Source: Patescibacteria group bacterium | GTDB taxonomy: Bacteria > Patescibacteriota > Patescibacteriia > Patescibacteriales > UBA12465 | Assembly: GCA_041656935.1 (NCBI GenBank) | Contig: JBBACQ010000004.1 | Coordinates: 8,557 to 72,556 of the forward strand | Reading direction: 5' to 3' | DNA length: 64,000 nucleotides | Shown here: piece after piece, positions 31,270 to 42,449 of the stretch | How the letters are laid out: each line of letters opens with the position of its first letter | Numbering within the stretch: the stretch's first letter is position 1 | Program-made: the position numbers and the translations under genes | The notes under the pieces: generated by a model | The model's input: the letters and a program-made list of their open reading frames with translations, nothing else | Databases searched by the model: none | Told to the model about the DNA's origin: nothing

Positions 31270-31385
31270 AATGTTTATTTAGAAGCTATTTATAAGCTAA
31301 ATTTGGTTATTATTAAATTTATTTTAATTATAGCAAATATATGGTAGAATTAAAACATCTATAAACTATTAATCTTTATAATAAT

Positions 31386-32102
31386 ATGGCTTACAAAATC
31401 AAAGATCACAATTTAATAATCAACCAGAACAAAAAGTACAATATTATTGCTGTTAAAGACCGAGCTGAAGATGATAAACCGAGAGAAAAAATGTTAAAAT
31501 CAGGTGTGGAGACCTTGAGCTCAGCTGAACTTTTAGCAATAATTTTAAATGCGGGCACTAAGAAAGAGGAAGTTCTAAACATGGCTCATCGCATTTTAAA
31601 AGAATACGGCAAGAATTCTATTATTAATGAAAAAAATCCAATTAACCTAGAGAAGGAGTTTGGTCTTCCATTGGTTAAATCATGTCAGATAGTAGCCTGC
31701 TTTGAATTAGGCCGAAGATTTTTCAAAGAAGAAAAAGTCGGGACTATAACAATAAGGAATGCCAAACAAGCTTTTGAACATTTGAAAGATATGGCTAAAT
31801 TAAATAAAGAAAATTTTAGAGGACTTTATTTAAACAGTCGCTACAAATTAATTCATAGCGAAACAATTTCTATCGGAACATTAGACGCCAGTATTATTCA
31901 TCCTCGAGAAGTTTTCCGCCCGGCGATTGAACACGGAGCCAGTGCTATTATTGTGGCTCATAACCACCCTTCGGGAGTTCTAAAAGCTACCACCGAAGAC
32001 TTGATGGTTACTGAAAAATTAAAATCAGCCGGAGATTTATTAGGTATAGAGTTGCTCGACCACTTAATAATTTCTAAAAATAAATTTATCAGTTTGATAT
32101 AG
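31386..32102 (+). CDS. radC: RadC (JAB domain) protein
   Basis: KPREK, ELLAIIL, HPREVF, AHNHPSG, LLDHLII. Confidence 0.93.
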   Translation: MAYKIKDHNLIINQNKKYNIIAVKDRAEDDKPREKMLKSGVETLSSAELLAIILNAGTKKEEVLNMAHRILKEYGKNSIINEKNPINLEKEFGLPLVKSCQIVACFELGRRFFKEEKVGTITIRNAKQAFEHLKDMAKLNKENFRGLYLNSRYKLIHSETISIGTLDASIIHPREVFRPAIEHGASAIIVAHNHPSGVLKATTEDLMVTEKLKSAGDLLGIELLDHLIISKNKFISLI

Positions 32103-32207
32103 CCGATTATTGATGGCGAATACTAAAATTTTAAAATACATCTTTTAAAAAATCTTCAACTTAGGGAAAATATTTTTTTTATTCCTTAACTAATTAAAAC
32201 TTAAAAA

Positions 32208-32441
32208 ATGAAAAAAAATAATTATAAAATTAAAGACTTTTTTTATTCTCTCCGAGATAAAAAAACTACTAATTTTCATATCGAAAAAAATGATTACTTT
32301 GGAACCCTAGCAACTATTATTGGATTAATTAATCAAGCTGAAATCTTACAAGATGAAAAGGAATTAAAAAAAATATTATCAAACCTAAAAAAAGATCTCC
32401 TCTACTTACAAAAAAACTTCGTTATAAATAAAAAAACCTGA
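32208..32441 (+). CDS. Small hypothetical protein
   Basis: 77-aa ORF with host-like codon use, FHIEKNDYFGTLATII...DLLYLQKNF. Confidence 0.55.
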   Translation: MKKNNYKIKDFFYSLRDKKTTNFHIEKNDYFGTLATIIGLINQAEILQDEKELKKILSNLKKDLLYLQKNFVINKKT

Positions 32442-32480
32442 TTTTTTTTATCAGGTTAATCTAATTTTTTTATTTTTTTA

Positions 32481-33335
32481 TTATCTAACAGAAGAATTTC
32501 TTCTGTTTTTTTCCAGTGCTTTAGCGATTAAGTAGGGGTCCACCTTTGAAGGTGTTTGGGCCGGAGATTTTCGGCATCCTCGGCAATATAAGTAACCAGC
32601 TGAATGAGCGAACCACTCTTTTTCCTCGCCAACCTTTTTTACTACTTCCAAAACCTCTGGGACATCAGCTCTGGCATTGTTTTTGACCAGCACTCCGAGA
32701 TTATTTCCGTCCACATAGATGACGGCTTCATATTTTCCACTCTTAAGAAGTTTATTTCTGGCCGAAAAAGCTAGGTCTTCTTTTATCACAATAGCAGTTT
32801 TACCTACCGAAATAATAGAAGAATAAAAGCTCTTTTTATCCTCTTGCTTTCTTTTGTTTAAGAGGAACATCCCGTCCAGAATTTCGAACATTCTTCGGCA
32901 AACAATCTCATCGTTGTTTTTGTGGAAAGATTGGAGTGACCGTAAGGCGAATGACAAGGACAAAAAAGGAATTTCTCCCTTTGGATAATCTTGATGATCC
33001 TCCAAGTCAACCATAGAACCGGAATCATTCCGGTCAACGAAGATAACCAAATTCCTAAGAATTTCCTTGGTTTCCTCACCACCATATTTCTGAACTATTT
33101 CCTTAAAACAAGAGTGGACCTTACCACTCCGATCTCTTCGGCCTTTGATACCATATCCCCCGGCATTAATATCCAGGGCTAAATCATCAAATTTAATACC
33201 ACGACCATCCCAAGAAGCGGGAACAAAATCTATCGGAGTTTCTTTTTTAGTTATAAATCTCAAAGCAAACCAAACCGACACCACCGCATCGATATCAACC
33301 GACACATGAGTCAGAATTCTTTTGACTTCTTTCAT
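32481..33335 (-). CDS. DHH/MYG1-like phosphoesterase-fold orphan
   Basis: N-terminal THVSVDIDA, ALDI, D.ND, late FAHSAGYL; GGAG Shine-Dalgarno. Confidence 0.5.
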   Translation of the reverse strand: MKEVKRILTHVSVDIDAVVSVWFALRFITKKETPIDFVPASWDGRGIKFDDLALDINAGGYGIKGRRDRSGKVHSCFKEIVQKYGGEETKEILRNLVIFVDRNDSGSMVDLEDHQDYPKGEIPFLSLSFALRSLQSFHKNNDEIVCRRMFEILDGMFLLNKRKQEDKKSFYSSIISVGKTAIVIKEDLAFSARNKLLKSGKYEAVIYVDGNNLGVLVKNNARADVPEVLEVVKKVGEEKEWFAHSAGYLYCRGCRKSPAQTPSKVDPYLIAKALEKNRRNSSVR

Positions 33336-33374
33336 TTTTTATCTCCTTTTATATTTAATTTTTAATGAATCTAA

Positions 33375-34655
33375 TTAATCGGATACTATATCACATTTAA
33401 AATAAAAAGTCAAGGATATAATAAAAAACATAAATAATAGGCCAAAAGGCAGGCTCCATAACCAATGATCTAAGGTCATAAACACGAAAAGCCCTATAAA
33501 CACAGGGAAATAGTAAATATTAACTATATTTTTTCTGATGATACATAATAAGAAAGAACAGAAGAAAATAAAGCCCCACAAACCAATCTCAGCCCAAGAT
33601 AATAAAAAAACATTATGGACTGGTTGAGCTTGATAGGCCTTCCAATCCGGATTTAAAGCCAAAAGTTCATTGTGATAAGACCCCAAACCAACTCCTATCC
33701 AAGGACTGTCTTTTATTATCTTAAAAGATGTTTTTAATTGGTCCGATCTTTCATCGATAGATATTTTTTCTAAACGGGAATCAATCTTAAAACGATTAAT
33801 TAATAATGGCTGAAAAACGAAGAAAAAAACTAAAAGAAAAACAAGGGAAAAAGAAAAAACAGGAAGATATTTTTGAAAGTTCTTTTTTTCGAAAAAAGAG
33901 ACAAAAAATAAAAATAATAATGACAACCCTAAGGCCAAATAAGCTCCCCGAGAAAAAGATACTAATAGGGCTAATAATAATAAAGCTAAAGATAAATAGA
34001 AAAAAATTTTCTTGGGAAGAACAAAATCATTTTTATAAAAAAATAAAATTAAGAAAATTACTCCAAAAAACATCAAAGCCCCAAAAATATTAGGATGCTC
34101 GGTTCCACCATAAGCTCGCCCAAATCTCCCCCAATCATTTTCCACCACCGAAACTCCCAAAACTGAAGCCGAATGACTAGCGATACCTAAATATTTATTA
34201 GAAAAAGTTTCTTGACTGAAGAATTGAAAAATTCCTAAACCGGCCTGTATTAAAATAGCTAATAAAAAGACCGAAATAATTTTTTTAAAATTAAATTTAA
34301 ATTGAGTCATTAAAAATAACAGCCCAATAGCTAATAAAAATAAAAAATATTTAAAAATAGACACTCCTCGAACACTGGAGATAAAAACAGAGATAAAAAT
34401 AAAAAACTCTAAGCCCGCCAGAATTACCCAGTATCTAGCAAAGTCGAATTTCTCAACAAATTCCCTTCGCTTATACCGGATTAAATAAAAAATAAATAAT
34501 ATTAAAATTAAACCTAAAACTAAATAATTCAAATAAAGAGCTATTTCATTATAATTGGTTTCAGCGGGGAAAATAATTAATTTTGTTTGCCAAAAGAAAA
34601 TAAAAACAAAGAAAAGAAAAGAATATTCAATTATTTTTTTTATTTTTTGTTCCAT
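33375..34655 (-). CDS. O-antigen ligase/Wzy_C-family membrane protein
   Basis: Many TM segments, RAYGGTEHPN, SFSRGAY, GVGLG, PVHNVFL..AEIG. Confidence 0.85.
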   Translation of the reverse strand: MEQKIKKIIEYSFLFFVFIFFWQTKLIIFPAETNYNEIALYLNYLVLGLILILFIFYLIRYKRREFVEKFDFARYWVILAGLEFFIFISVFISSVRGVSIFKYFLFLLAIGLLFLMTQFKFNFKKIISVFLLAILIQAGLGIFQFFSQETFSNKYLGIASHSASVLGVSVVENDWGRFGRAYGGTEHPNIFGALMFFGVIFLILFFYKNDFVLPKKIFFYLSLALLLLALLVSFSRGAYLALGLSLLFLFFVSFFEKKNFQKYLPVFSFSLVFLLVFFFVFQPLLINRFKIDSRLEKISIDERSDQLKTSFKIIKDSPWIGVGLGSYHNELLALNPDWKAYQAQPVHNVFLLSWAEIGLWGFIFFCSFLLCIIRKNIVNIYYFPVFIGLFVFMTLDHWLWSLPFGLLFMFFIISLTFYFKCDIVSD

Positions 34656-34674
34656 ATTTGAAAATATAATAAAA

Positions 34675-35583
34675 TTATTTAATATTATCTAAACACTCTT
34701 CGTATTTTTCTATAAAAACAGATCTTCTTTCTTCTAAAAATAGTTTAATAATATTATCTTCTAATAAAACTCCTGACGATTTTCCAACCTGATCTTTTAA
34801 TTTTTTTGGCATTATTCTAAGTTGAATTTTTTTAGAAAATTTTTCAAGAAAATCTAGGAAACCGAAAGAAAAATTATTCTCTCGATTTTTCTCTTCTTCT
34901 AAAAAAGATAAATTTTGATCGTCTAAGTTTAAATTCGGCAAATATTTTTTTACCCAATAATTAGCTTTATAAAATTTACTAAAAATATTTTTATAATTAT
35001 AAATAACCTCTATCCCAGCTAACCAATAAACGGAATAAAGGTCTTTGGCGTTATAAGAATAATTTTCTAAATCGAGATTATCATTACTGATATAAAAACT
35101 TAAGCAAATTTTATTTCTTTTGGTTTTTTTATTAGGCCTCAAACCTAATGATTTAGCTAAAAAAGTGCAAAAGAATCTGGTTAACCAAATTCTTCGACTA
35201 GAAGTAATTATAAAAAAATCAATATCACTTTTTCCTCTCAAATTATGATCACCAATAATATTAGAAACTGCTATCCCCTGAATAAACGGCCACAACGAAA
35301 TAAGTCGGGAAAATCTCTTGGCTTTTTTTATTTTCTGATTAAAATAATTCAAAGTTTTAAATCTTTCTTCAACTATTGATTCTCTACCTTTAAAAAAATA
35401 AAATCCTTTTTTATTTTCAACCTTATCTGATAAATTTTCCAATTCGTCGATAATATCGCTTAGGTTAGTAGAATAATTTACATATTTAAAAATTTCATAG
35501 GTAGTTAGGGGGTGAGAAAATAAATCAAACCAGATGATGGTTTTTAATATTTCTTCTTTTAAGTTTTTATTTTCATTATTCAT
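34675..35583 (-). CDS. Nucleotidyltransferase-fold protein
   Basis: PFIQGIAVSN...SDIDFFII...IWLTR...KICLSF. Confidence 0.65.
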   Translation of the reverse strand: MNNENKNLKEEILKTIIWFDLFSHPLTTYEIFKYVNYSTNLSDIIDELENLSDKVENKKGFYFFKGRESIVEERFKTLNYFNQKIKKAKRFSRLISLWPFIQGIAVSNIIGDHNLRGKSDIDFFIITSSRRIWLTRFFCTFLAKSLGLRPNKKTKRNKICLSFYISNDNLDLENYSYNAKDLYSVYWLAGIEVIYNYKNIFSKFYKANYWVKKYLPNLNLDDQNLSFLEEEKNRENNFSFGFLDFLEKFSKKIQLRIMPKKLKDQVGKSSGVLLEDNIIKLFLEERRSVFIEKYEECLDNIK

Positions 35584-35596
35584 TGCTTATGTAATT

Positions 35597-35897
35597 CTTT
35601 TTATGGAACTTTTTTTAACCCTCCTTCGCCAAGTATAGCCACTTCGTGGCACTTGGCTACGGCGGGCAAGCATAAAAAGTGTCTAAAAAAACTTAACGAA
35701 CTAAAAAATTTTGGATTACTCACTATAGCTTTTTTATGCCACTTTTTTAAAAAAGTGGCGCAAAAACTTAGCGAACTTTAAAATTTTGGATTACTCATTA
35801 TGAAACCTAGCAAAATTTTTAACTCGGCTTCGCCTCAAACAAAAAAATTTTGCACGGTTTCTACATTCGTAATTGGTCCAAAATTTTTCAACGTTCG
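35597..35897. repeat. Composite nested palindromic repeat element
   Basis: Two copies of a ~73-bp unit (35597-35726 interrupted, 35729-35801 intact), an inserted CCTTCGCCAAG...GCTACGGCGGGCAAG palindrome, and a long hairpin 35772-35897. Confidence 0.75.
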
Positions 35898-35910
35898 TGG
35901 AAAAAGACTA

Positions 35911-36996
35911 TTAACCCCTAGGTTTGTCTATTTCCAATGTCTCCAAATCTGATTTTTTTTCAGTAATTCGAGCCACGTCTTTATCTATTTTTTTAAATTC
36001 CTTATAAGCACTATTATAATGATTAACCGTAGTTGACATACTGTTGCCCAATTTTTTCATAAAATCATCATAACTAAGTAGATGACGACTTAAGCTCTCT
36101 ACATTTTTACGGATATTTTTAGCTCCCTCTTCAATTTGTAAGGCGCGCAATCCTTGTAAAATTGTCTGTAAATAGGCAGCGAAAGTTGTTGGAGAAACAA
36201 TAATAACGCGCTTCTCGCCGAAAGCATAGTCAACCAAACTGCGAGTATTAACCTTGACGGCTCCAACCTCATTAATTAGTAAATCATAATAAATAGCTTC
36301 GGCTGGAATAAACATTAGAGCAAAATCCATAGTTCCCTCCTTAACTCGAATATATTTAGCCGTTTCATCAATTCTTTTCTTTAAATCATTTCTAAACTCT
36401 TTTTCTAGAACTAATTTTTTATCGGCATCGTTTTCATTTAGAATCCGATTATAATTATCAAGAGAAAACTTAGCGTCAACTGGAATTAATCCTTCCTTGG
36501 TAGTAATAACCGCATCAACGGTGTCACCGTCTTTGAATTGATATTGTAAGGTATAGGCGGTTGGAGGTAAAATATTTTCTAAAACTAATTTTAAACCAGC
36601 CTCCCCCAAATTTCCTCGCTTTTTTTGGTTGGTCAAAACTCTTTCTAAATTATTTAATTGTTCAGAAAAACTAATGACCTGCTTATTGGTCTCGTCTAGC
36701 TTGGTTAATTTTTCAGTAATCTCAGCAATTTGCTTGGATGATTGATTGGAAATCCCTTGCATTAATTGGCTGGACTTATAAGCGCTTTCTTGATTGGCTT
36801 TATGAGTTTCACTTAATTTCCTATCTAATTCTTGACGGAGGTTTTCATTTTGTCGACTCAATTCACTTAATTTTTCGGCCAAAATCAATAATTTTTCATC
36901 AGATTTCCCACCAGAAGCGTTTTTGAAAAATGAGTAAATTAAAAAACCGACTGAAGCGATTAATATGATTAATAAAATAATTACTGCTATAGTCAT
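35911..36996 (-). CDS. rmuC: DNA recombination protein RmuC
   Basis: N-terminal TM, coiled coil, RGNLGE, VDAKF, TMDFALMFIPAE, VSPTT. Confidence 0.92.
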   Translation of the reverse strand: MTIAVIILLIILIASVGFLIYSFFKNASGGKSDEKLLILAEKLSELSRQNENLRQELDRKLSETHKANQESAYKSSQLMQGISNQSSKQIAEITEKLTKLDETNKQVISFSEQLNNLERVLTNQKKRGNLGEAGLKLVLENILPPTAYTLQYQFKDGDTVDAVITTKEGLIPVDAKFSLDNYNRILNENDADKKLVLEKEFRNDLKKRIDETAKYIRVKEGTMDFALMFIPAEAIYYDLLINEVGAVKVNTRSLVDYAFGEKRVIIVSPTTFAAYLQTILQGLRALQIEEGAKNIRKNVESLSRHLLSYDDFMKKLGNSMSTTVNHYNSAYKEFKKIDKDVARITEKKSDLETLEIDKPRG

Positions 36997-37196
36997 ATTT
37001 TATAAGTTAATAATTATACTTTTATTATATCATAAACTTATTATATTATAAATAAAACCATAATTAAAAATAATTCAGACAAAAACATGAAAAGAAAATC
37101 TAGGCCAGATGATAAATTTTAAAATTGTATATTTTGGCTAATTTTAGCTAAAAAGTATATATAAAGACCGAAATTAGACCCTAAAAATCTATGCAA

Positions 37197-37224
37197 AAAA
37201 GAGGTTTAAATTTAAACCTCTTTT
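37197..37224. terminator. Perfect 28-bp palindrome, probable gyrA terminator
   Basis: AAAAGAGGTTTAAATTTAAACCTCTTTT just downstream of gyrA. Confidence 0.65.
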
Positions 37225-37252
37225 CACTATATCAACAATATTTTAAACTTAC

Positions 37253-40200
37253 TTACACATAAGTAACGCTCGCTACCATATCATTTTCGTCTTTAAAGCG
37301 CATAATTCGGACTCCTTGAGTATCACGACCCAATTCATTAACTGTTTTATAAGGCAAACGAATAACCTGACCTTTATCAGAGATAATTATTAAATCCTTG
37401 CCCTCCATGGTATCTTTGTTTATAACAAAAGCATTACTAATTTTACCAGTCTTAGTGGTCACTTTAGCTGTTCGAATACCACTACCACCTCGACCCTGAA
37501 CCTTATACAAATCCAAATCCGTCCTCTTACCATAACCCTGATCCATAATGGTCAAAATTTGATAATTCCGTTTTACTCCTTTCTCAACCTTGATAATTCC
37601 CATTCCAACAACAATATCATCTTTCTTTAATTTAATACCTCGAACACCGGAAGCATTCCGGCCCATATCACGCACCTCTTTTTCAGAAAATCTTATCGCT
37701 TGGCCATTAGCAGTTATTAAACTAATATGATCAAGCCCGGAAGTTGGTTTTGACCAAATCAATTTATCATCATTCTTTATTTTTATCGCTATTAAACCAC
37801 TGCGACGAACATTAGAGAAAGAATCAATTTTAACTTTTTTAACCAAGCCTTTTTCTGTAGCGAAAAATAAATAATTATAACCGGCAATTTTATCTAGCGG
37901 TAAGATAGAAGTAATTTTTTCTCCACCAATTAACTGCAAGAAATTAACAATCGGAGTTCCTTTAGCCGTACGAGAGGCTTGCGGTATTTCATGAGCCTTT
38001 AATTGGAATACTCGCCCCTTAGTAGTAAAGAATAAAATATCATTATGGGTTTGAGTAATAAACATAAAATCAACCGAATCTTCTTCTTTGGTTGTTAAAC
38101 CGATAACACCCTTACCCCCACGAGCTTGAACCTTAAAAGTATCAGGATCTAATCGCTTAATATACCCATCCCGAGTCATCATAATCATAGTTTCTTCATT
38201 GGGTATTAAATCTTCAATATTAAAATTCTTAACACCATGAGCTACTACTTGAGTTCGACGCTCGTCCCCAAATTTTTCTCCCAATTCAGCAATCTCAGTT
38301 TTAATAATATTTCTAATTTTAGTTTTAGAAGCTAAAATTGCCTCTAACTCTTTAATCAATTTTAATTTTTCTTTTAATTCATCTTCAATTTTAATACGTT
38401 CCAAATTAGCCAAACTCTGCAATCTCATTTCCAAAATAGCCACCGCCTGTCTTTCGGACAACTTAAATCTCTTTATTAAACTTTCCTTAGCTACGTCTTT
38501 ATCTTTTGAAGCTTTAATAACTTTAATAACTTCGTCAATATTTTTTAAAGCAATCATTAAACCTTCCAAAATATGAGCTCTGTCCTTGGCCTTATTTAAT
38601 TCAAATTCAGTCCGACGATAAATTACATCTTGACGATGTTTAATATATTCCTCTAAAACCATTTTTAAAGTTAATACTTTAGGTTGAATTCCATCAATTA
38701 AGGCTAAAATATTAACATGGAAGGTGCTTTGTAAAGCAGTATTTTTGTACAAGCTATTTAATATTTTTTTCGGATAAGAATCTTTTTTCAAATCTAAAAC
38801 AATGCGAACGCCCTCTTTATCAGACTCGTCTCGTAAACCTCTAACTCCATCTAACTTTTTATCTTTTACTAAATCAGCAATTTTTTCTACCAAAGTCGCC
38901 TTATTAACCTGATAAGGAAGCTCGGTAATAATTATTTGGAAATTTCCATTTTTCTCCTCTTTAATATCAGCCCTTCCTCGACAAACAATTCCACCCTTAC
39001 CGGTAGCATAGGCATTCAAAATATCTTTTTTATCATAAATAATTCCACCGGTTGGGAAATCAGGCCCTTTGACATGCTCCATTAAATCCTCCACCGTAGA
39101 GTCTGGTTGGTCAATTAATAAATTTATTGCTCCTAATAATTCTTTTAGATTATGAGGCGGAATATTAGTGGACATACCGACCGCAATTCCCATCCCTCCG
39201 TTTAGGAGTAAATTAGGTAATTTAGCCGGTAAAACTTGCGGTTCTTTTTGTGAGCCATCATAATTAGGAATAAAATTAACGGTATCTTTATCAATGTCAA
39301 ATAATAATTCTTCTGTAATACTAGCTAATTTTGCTTCAGTATTATGATTTATAAAACCATTAGCTACAAAAGAGTGACAAGTGCTCCCTACTTTAATAGA
39401 ATAAACATTTTCTTTTTCGACCTGAGTTTCAACTAGCTTCACCTGATTAAAAAAGTAATGATTTTCTAATAAGTAATCGACCATTTTCAAGTCAGAAGAA
39501 TTTAAAATGCTCTTTAATTTACAATAATTTTTTCTTAAGCTATTATAACGATCAAAATTATTTTTAACTATAAAACTATTTTTATAATTTAATCTTAAAT
39601 AATTGTTTAAAAATGGAATAAAATCATTATGGCTTAAACGAGTAGTATTAATCTCCGATATCTTAGATAAAATCTCTCTTTTACGTTGAGAAAAAAAGTT
39701 AATATTTTTTTGAAAATTTACAATACTATCAACTCCCGAGATTATTAATTTATAACAAGCATTTCTCTTATCCTGATAAGGCGAAGTGGTAACTACACCA
39801 AAATTTAATAAAACTGTTTTCAGCTGATTGATAAGTTTTTTGCTTTTAGAATTATAGTTTAATTCAATTGATTTTCCGCCGTGTCTTTGGTCTTTTTTAA
39901 AAGAAACCGAACCATCACCCTCAAATAAACCTCGTAAAAAAGAACTTATTACTGCTCGGCTAGACATTAAAACTGAAAAAGGAATTTCTTTTTTATCAGA
40001 TAATTTAGTAGCCAAGCCAATTTCTTGTAAAAATTCCACAATATTTTTTTCATAAATACAAAGCTCCGGACAATTACCCTTCAGAACTCTTTCATATAAT
40101 TTAACTCCCGGAAATAACTGAGAAATTATATTTCGAACCTTGCCATAAAAATCTTTATCTGAATTACAGAAGAAAAATTTGTTTTGGTGGAAAGACCCTT

Positions 40201-41212
40201 CTGATACTAAAGCTCCTAAAAGAAAAGCTAGGTCTTTATTCATTTTTTTAGGTAGGGTAATTTTTTTACTCTTAGGGCTTTCTAAAGGAAAAAACTTTTC
40301 TAAACTTAAATCATTTTTAGAAAATAGCGAAGCCGAACGGCTTAAGGGCAAGAAATCATTTTTATTGATATTTTCTAAAGCTTTCCAATAAAAATAGGGC
40401 TGACCAAATTCATTTAAACCCCATAATAATAACGGATGATTAAATGAACCCCGAATTTCATAGCCCTGCTCAGTGGTTATTTTTATAATTGAATGCTTAC
40501 CAGAATCGAAAAATTTAGTAGCTGGCTTAACCTTCCCTTTATAATTTAAAATATTTATTTTTATTTTATCTCCACTTTTAGGGGCAAGATTTTTTATTTC
40601 CACTATCCCTTTATCGGTTAAAAGTAGAGTATCACCAGAAACACAATATCTCATCGCGGCGGCATTATCACCATCCATCGAACCAAAGTTTCCCTGACCA
40701 CGAACCAAAGGATAACGCATTGAGAAATCCTGAGCCATACGAACCATAGAATCATAAACAGCACTATCACCATGCGGATGGTATTTACCTAAAACTTCTC
40801 CCACCACAGTAGCTGACTTACGAAATTTAGCGCTAGCCTTTAAACCAATATCCCACATAGCATACAAAATACGACGATGAACTGGTTTCATACCATCACG
40901 GACGTCAGGCAAGGCGCGAGAAACAATAACGCTCATGGCGTAATCTAAATAAGAAGAACTCATCTCTTCGCTAATAGACTGATTTTGTACTAAACCGTAT
41001 TCGGTTTGACGACGACCATTACCATTAACTGCTGAATCAACCACGGCTTCATCACCATTAAGATCAGCCTCAATAACTACCGCATCTTCTTTAATAACGG
41101 GAGCTTTTTTTTCAATTATATCTTTCTTAACAACCTTTTTGTTTTTAGAAGTCTCTGCGCTGGAAGAAACTTTTTTGGGTGTTTTATCTTTTTTGTCTTT
41201 TTCTTTTTTCAT
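37253..41212 (-). CDS. gyrA: DNA gyrase subunit A containing an intein
   Basis: [22 protein letters not shown]|intein|TEAKL, GyrA box QARGGKG. Confidence 0.96.
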   Translation of the reverse strand: MKKEKDKKDKTPKKVSSSAETSKNKKVVKKDIIEKKAPVIKEDAVVIEADLNGDEAVVDSAVNGNGRRQTEYGLVQNQSISEEMSSSYLDYAMSVIVSRALPDVRDGMKPVHRRILYAMWDIGLKASAKFRKSATVVGEVLGKYHPHGDSAVYDSMVRMAQDFSMRYPLVRGQGNFGSMDGDNAAAMRYCVSGDTLLLTDKGIVEIKNLAPKSGDKIKINILNYKGKVKPATKFFDSGKHSIIKITTEQGYEIRGSFNHPLLLWGLNEFGQPYFYWKALENINKNDFLPLSRSASLFSKNDLSLEKFFPLESPKSKKITLPKKMNKDLAFLLGALVSEGSFHQNKFFFCNSDKDFYGKVRNIISQLFPGVKLYERVLKGNCPELCIYEKNIVEFLQEIGLATKLSDKKEIPFSVLMSSRAVISSFLRGLFEGDGSVSFKKDQRHGGKSIELNYNSKSKKLINQLKTVLLNFGVVTTSPYQDKRNACYKLIISGVDSIVNFQKNINFFSQRKREILSKISEINTTRLSHNDFIPFLNNYLRLNYKNSFIVKNNFDRYNSLRKNYCKLKSILNSSDLKMVDYLLENHYFFNQVKLVETQVEKENVYSIKVGSTCHSFVANGFINHNTEAKLASITEELLFDIDKDTVNFIPNYDGSQKEPQVLPAKLPNLLLNGGMGIAVGMSTNIPPHNLKELLGAINLLIDQPDSTVEDLMEHVKGPDFPTGGIIYDKKDILNAYATGKGGIVCRGRADIKEEKNGNFQIIITELPYQVNKATLVEKIADLVKDKKLDGVRGLRDESDKEGVRIVLDLKKDSYPKKILNSLYKNTALQSTFHVNILALIDGIQPKVLTLKMVLEEYIKHRQDVIYRRTEFELNKAKDRAHILEGLMIALKNIDEVIKVIKASKDKDVAKESLIKRFKLSERQAVAILEMRLQSLANLERIKIEDELKEKLKLIKELEAILASKTKIRNIIKTEIAELGEKFGDERRTQVVAHGVKNFNIEDLIPNEETMIMMTRDGYIKRLDPDTFKVQARGGKGVIGLTTKEEDSVDFMFITQTHNDILFFTTKGRVFQLKAHEIPQASRTAKGTPIVNFLQLIGGEKITSILPLDKIAGYNYLFFATEKGLVKKVKIDSFSNVRRSGLIAIKIKNDDKLIWSKPTSGLDHISLITANGQAIRFSEKEVRDMGRNASGVRGIKLKKDDIVVGMGIIKVEKGVKRNYQILTIMDQGYGKRTDLDLYKVQGRGGSGIRTAKVTTKTGKISNAFVINKDTMEGKDLIIISDKGQVIRLPYKTVNELGRDTQGVRIMRFKDENDMVASVTYV
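39341..40645 (-). mobile_element. 435-aa intein with LAGLIDADG homing endonuclease
   Basis: Starts CVSGDT right after the catalytic Tyr, block [17 protein letters not shown] and [10 protein letters not shown] motifs, ends [10 protein letters not shown] followed by Thr. Confidence 0.93.
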
Positions 41213-41230
41213 TTTTATATAAAATAAATT

Positions 41231-41737
41231 TTAATAATTGTTTATTTTTTCCTCTAACTCTTTAATCCTTCTTTTTAACTCGGCAATTTCCTGATCGCTC
41301 TCATCTAACTCTTCCGAAAGGATTGGTAAAGAAGAAGAATTATTAATGTTAGTAATAATATTATCAACTAATTCTTCATTTTTATTTTGGATTATTTTGT
41401 CATCGATAGCCTTTTTAATTTTATCTAAATCAGTTTCATCTAAGGTAGATTCATCTTTAATTTCAGACGCATTTTGGGATTCAATACTATTTAATAGAAC
41501 AGCAAAACCCTCCAAGGTTTCATCTACTTCTTTTTTACTCTCCGAAATATTTAAAAATTCAAAATCTCCCGCTAAAGAGACTTTATTCGAAAAAATATTT
41601 TCTAAATTAAAAGACCAAACAATAAAAATAGACAGAGTAGAAACAACGACAAAAATTAATAGCCAAAAATATTTATCTTTTTTCGCTACAACTTTTTTTA
41701 ATTTTAGCCACCAATTTTTAAAATCTAATTTCTCCAT
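41231..41737 (-). CDS. Hypothetical single-TM protein with acidic coiled coil
   Basis: One TM near the N-terminus, host-like codon use, in operon with ndk and gyrA. Confidence 0.6.
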   Translation of the reverse strand: MEKLDFKNWWLKLKKVVAKKDKYFWLLIFVVVSTLSIFIVWSFNLENIFSNKVSLAGDFEFLNISESKKEVDETLEGFAVLLNSIESQNASEIKDESTLDETDLDKIKKAIDDKIIQNKNEELVDNIITNINNSSSLPILSEELDESDQEIAELKRRIKELEEKINNY

Positions 41738-41747
41738 TTTTATAAAT

Positions 41748-42356
41748 TTATTCCTTCATGCCATCTAAATTAACATCATATAATATCTGTTCGGAAATAA
41801 GGCGATATTTAAAAAGTTCTTCGTCTTTGAACCACAGAGCTATTTCTCGACTAGCCTCATCGGGATGATCAGAGCAGTGAATTAAATTTCTAACAGCTCT
41901 TTCATCTAGATTAGATAATTCATAAGAATCAACTGTGAAATCACCTCTAATAGTCCCAACATCAGAACTAAGAGGTTCGGTCCCACCAACTATTTTTTTT
42001 ACAATTCCGACTGCCCCATTACCCTCAAAAACCATAGCTATAACTGGACCACAAGTCATAAATTTAACTAAGGCTCCAATAATATCGCGTCCATACTCAA
42101 TAGCTGGCTTTTCTATCGGCAATCCGGCCATTTTTCGATTCTCTAAAACTTTTTTTCCTTTTTCCTCAAACCAATTATCATCTTTGTCATAATGTTTCCA
42201 ACACTGACCCTCGTTCGCCATTAGCATTTTTAAACCTGTCATTTTCAAACCAGTTCTCTCTAAACGATGGACTAATTCTCCAATTAAAGACCGCTGAATA
42301 GCATCCGGCTTTAAAATAACAAAAGTTCTCTCTTTTTTAGGATTAACTGAATTCAT
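41748..42356 (-). CDS. ndk: Nucleoside diphosphate kinase
   Basis: ERTFVILKPDAIQR, GTIRGDF, RNLIHCSD. Confidence 0.93.
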   Translation of the reverse strand: MNSVNPKKERTFVILKPDAIQRSLIGELVHRLERTGLKMTGLKMLMANEGQCWKHYDKDDNWFEEKGKKVLENRKMAGLPIEKPAIEYGRDIIGALVKFMTCGPVIAMVFEGNGAVGIVKKIVGGTEPLSSDVGTIRGDFTVDSYELSNLDERAVRNLIHCSDHPDEASREIALWFKDEELFKYRLISEQILYDVNLDGMKE

Positions 42357-42449
42357 ATTTTTTTATTTTACTTAAATTATATTTATAAAAAAACATTTCT
42401 TATCTAATTATAAAAAATATAATTACAGCAAAATTAATTATAGATAAAA

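Noticed and set aside
35597-35897. CRISPR array
   Set aside because: Only two degenerate units, no regular unique spacers and no cas genes.
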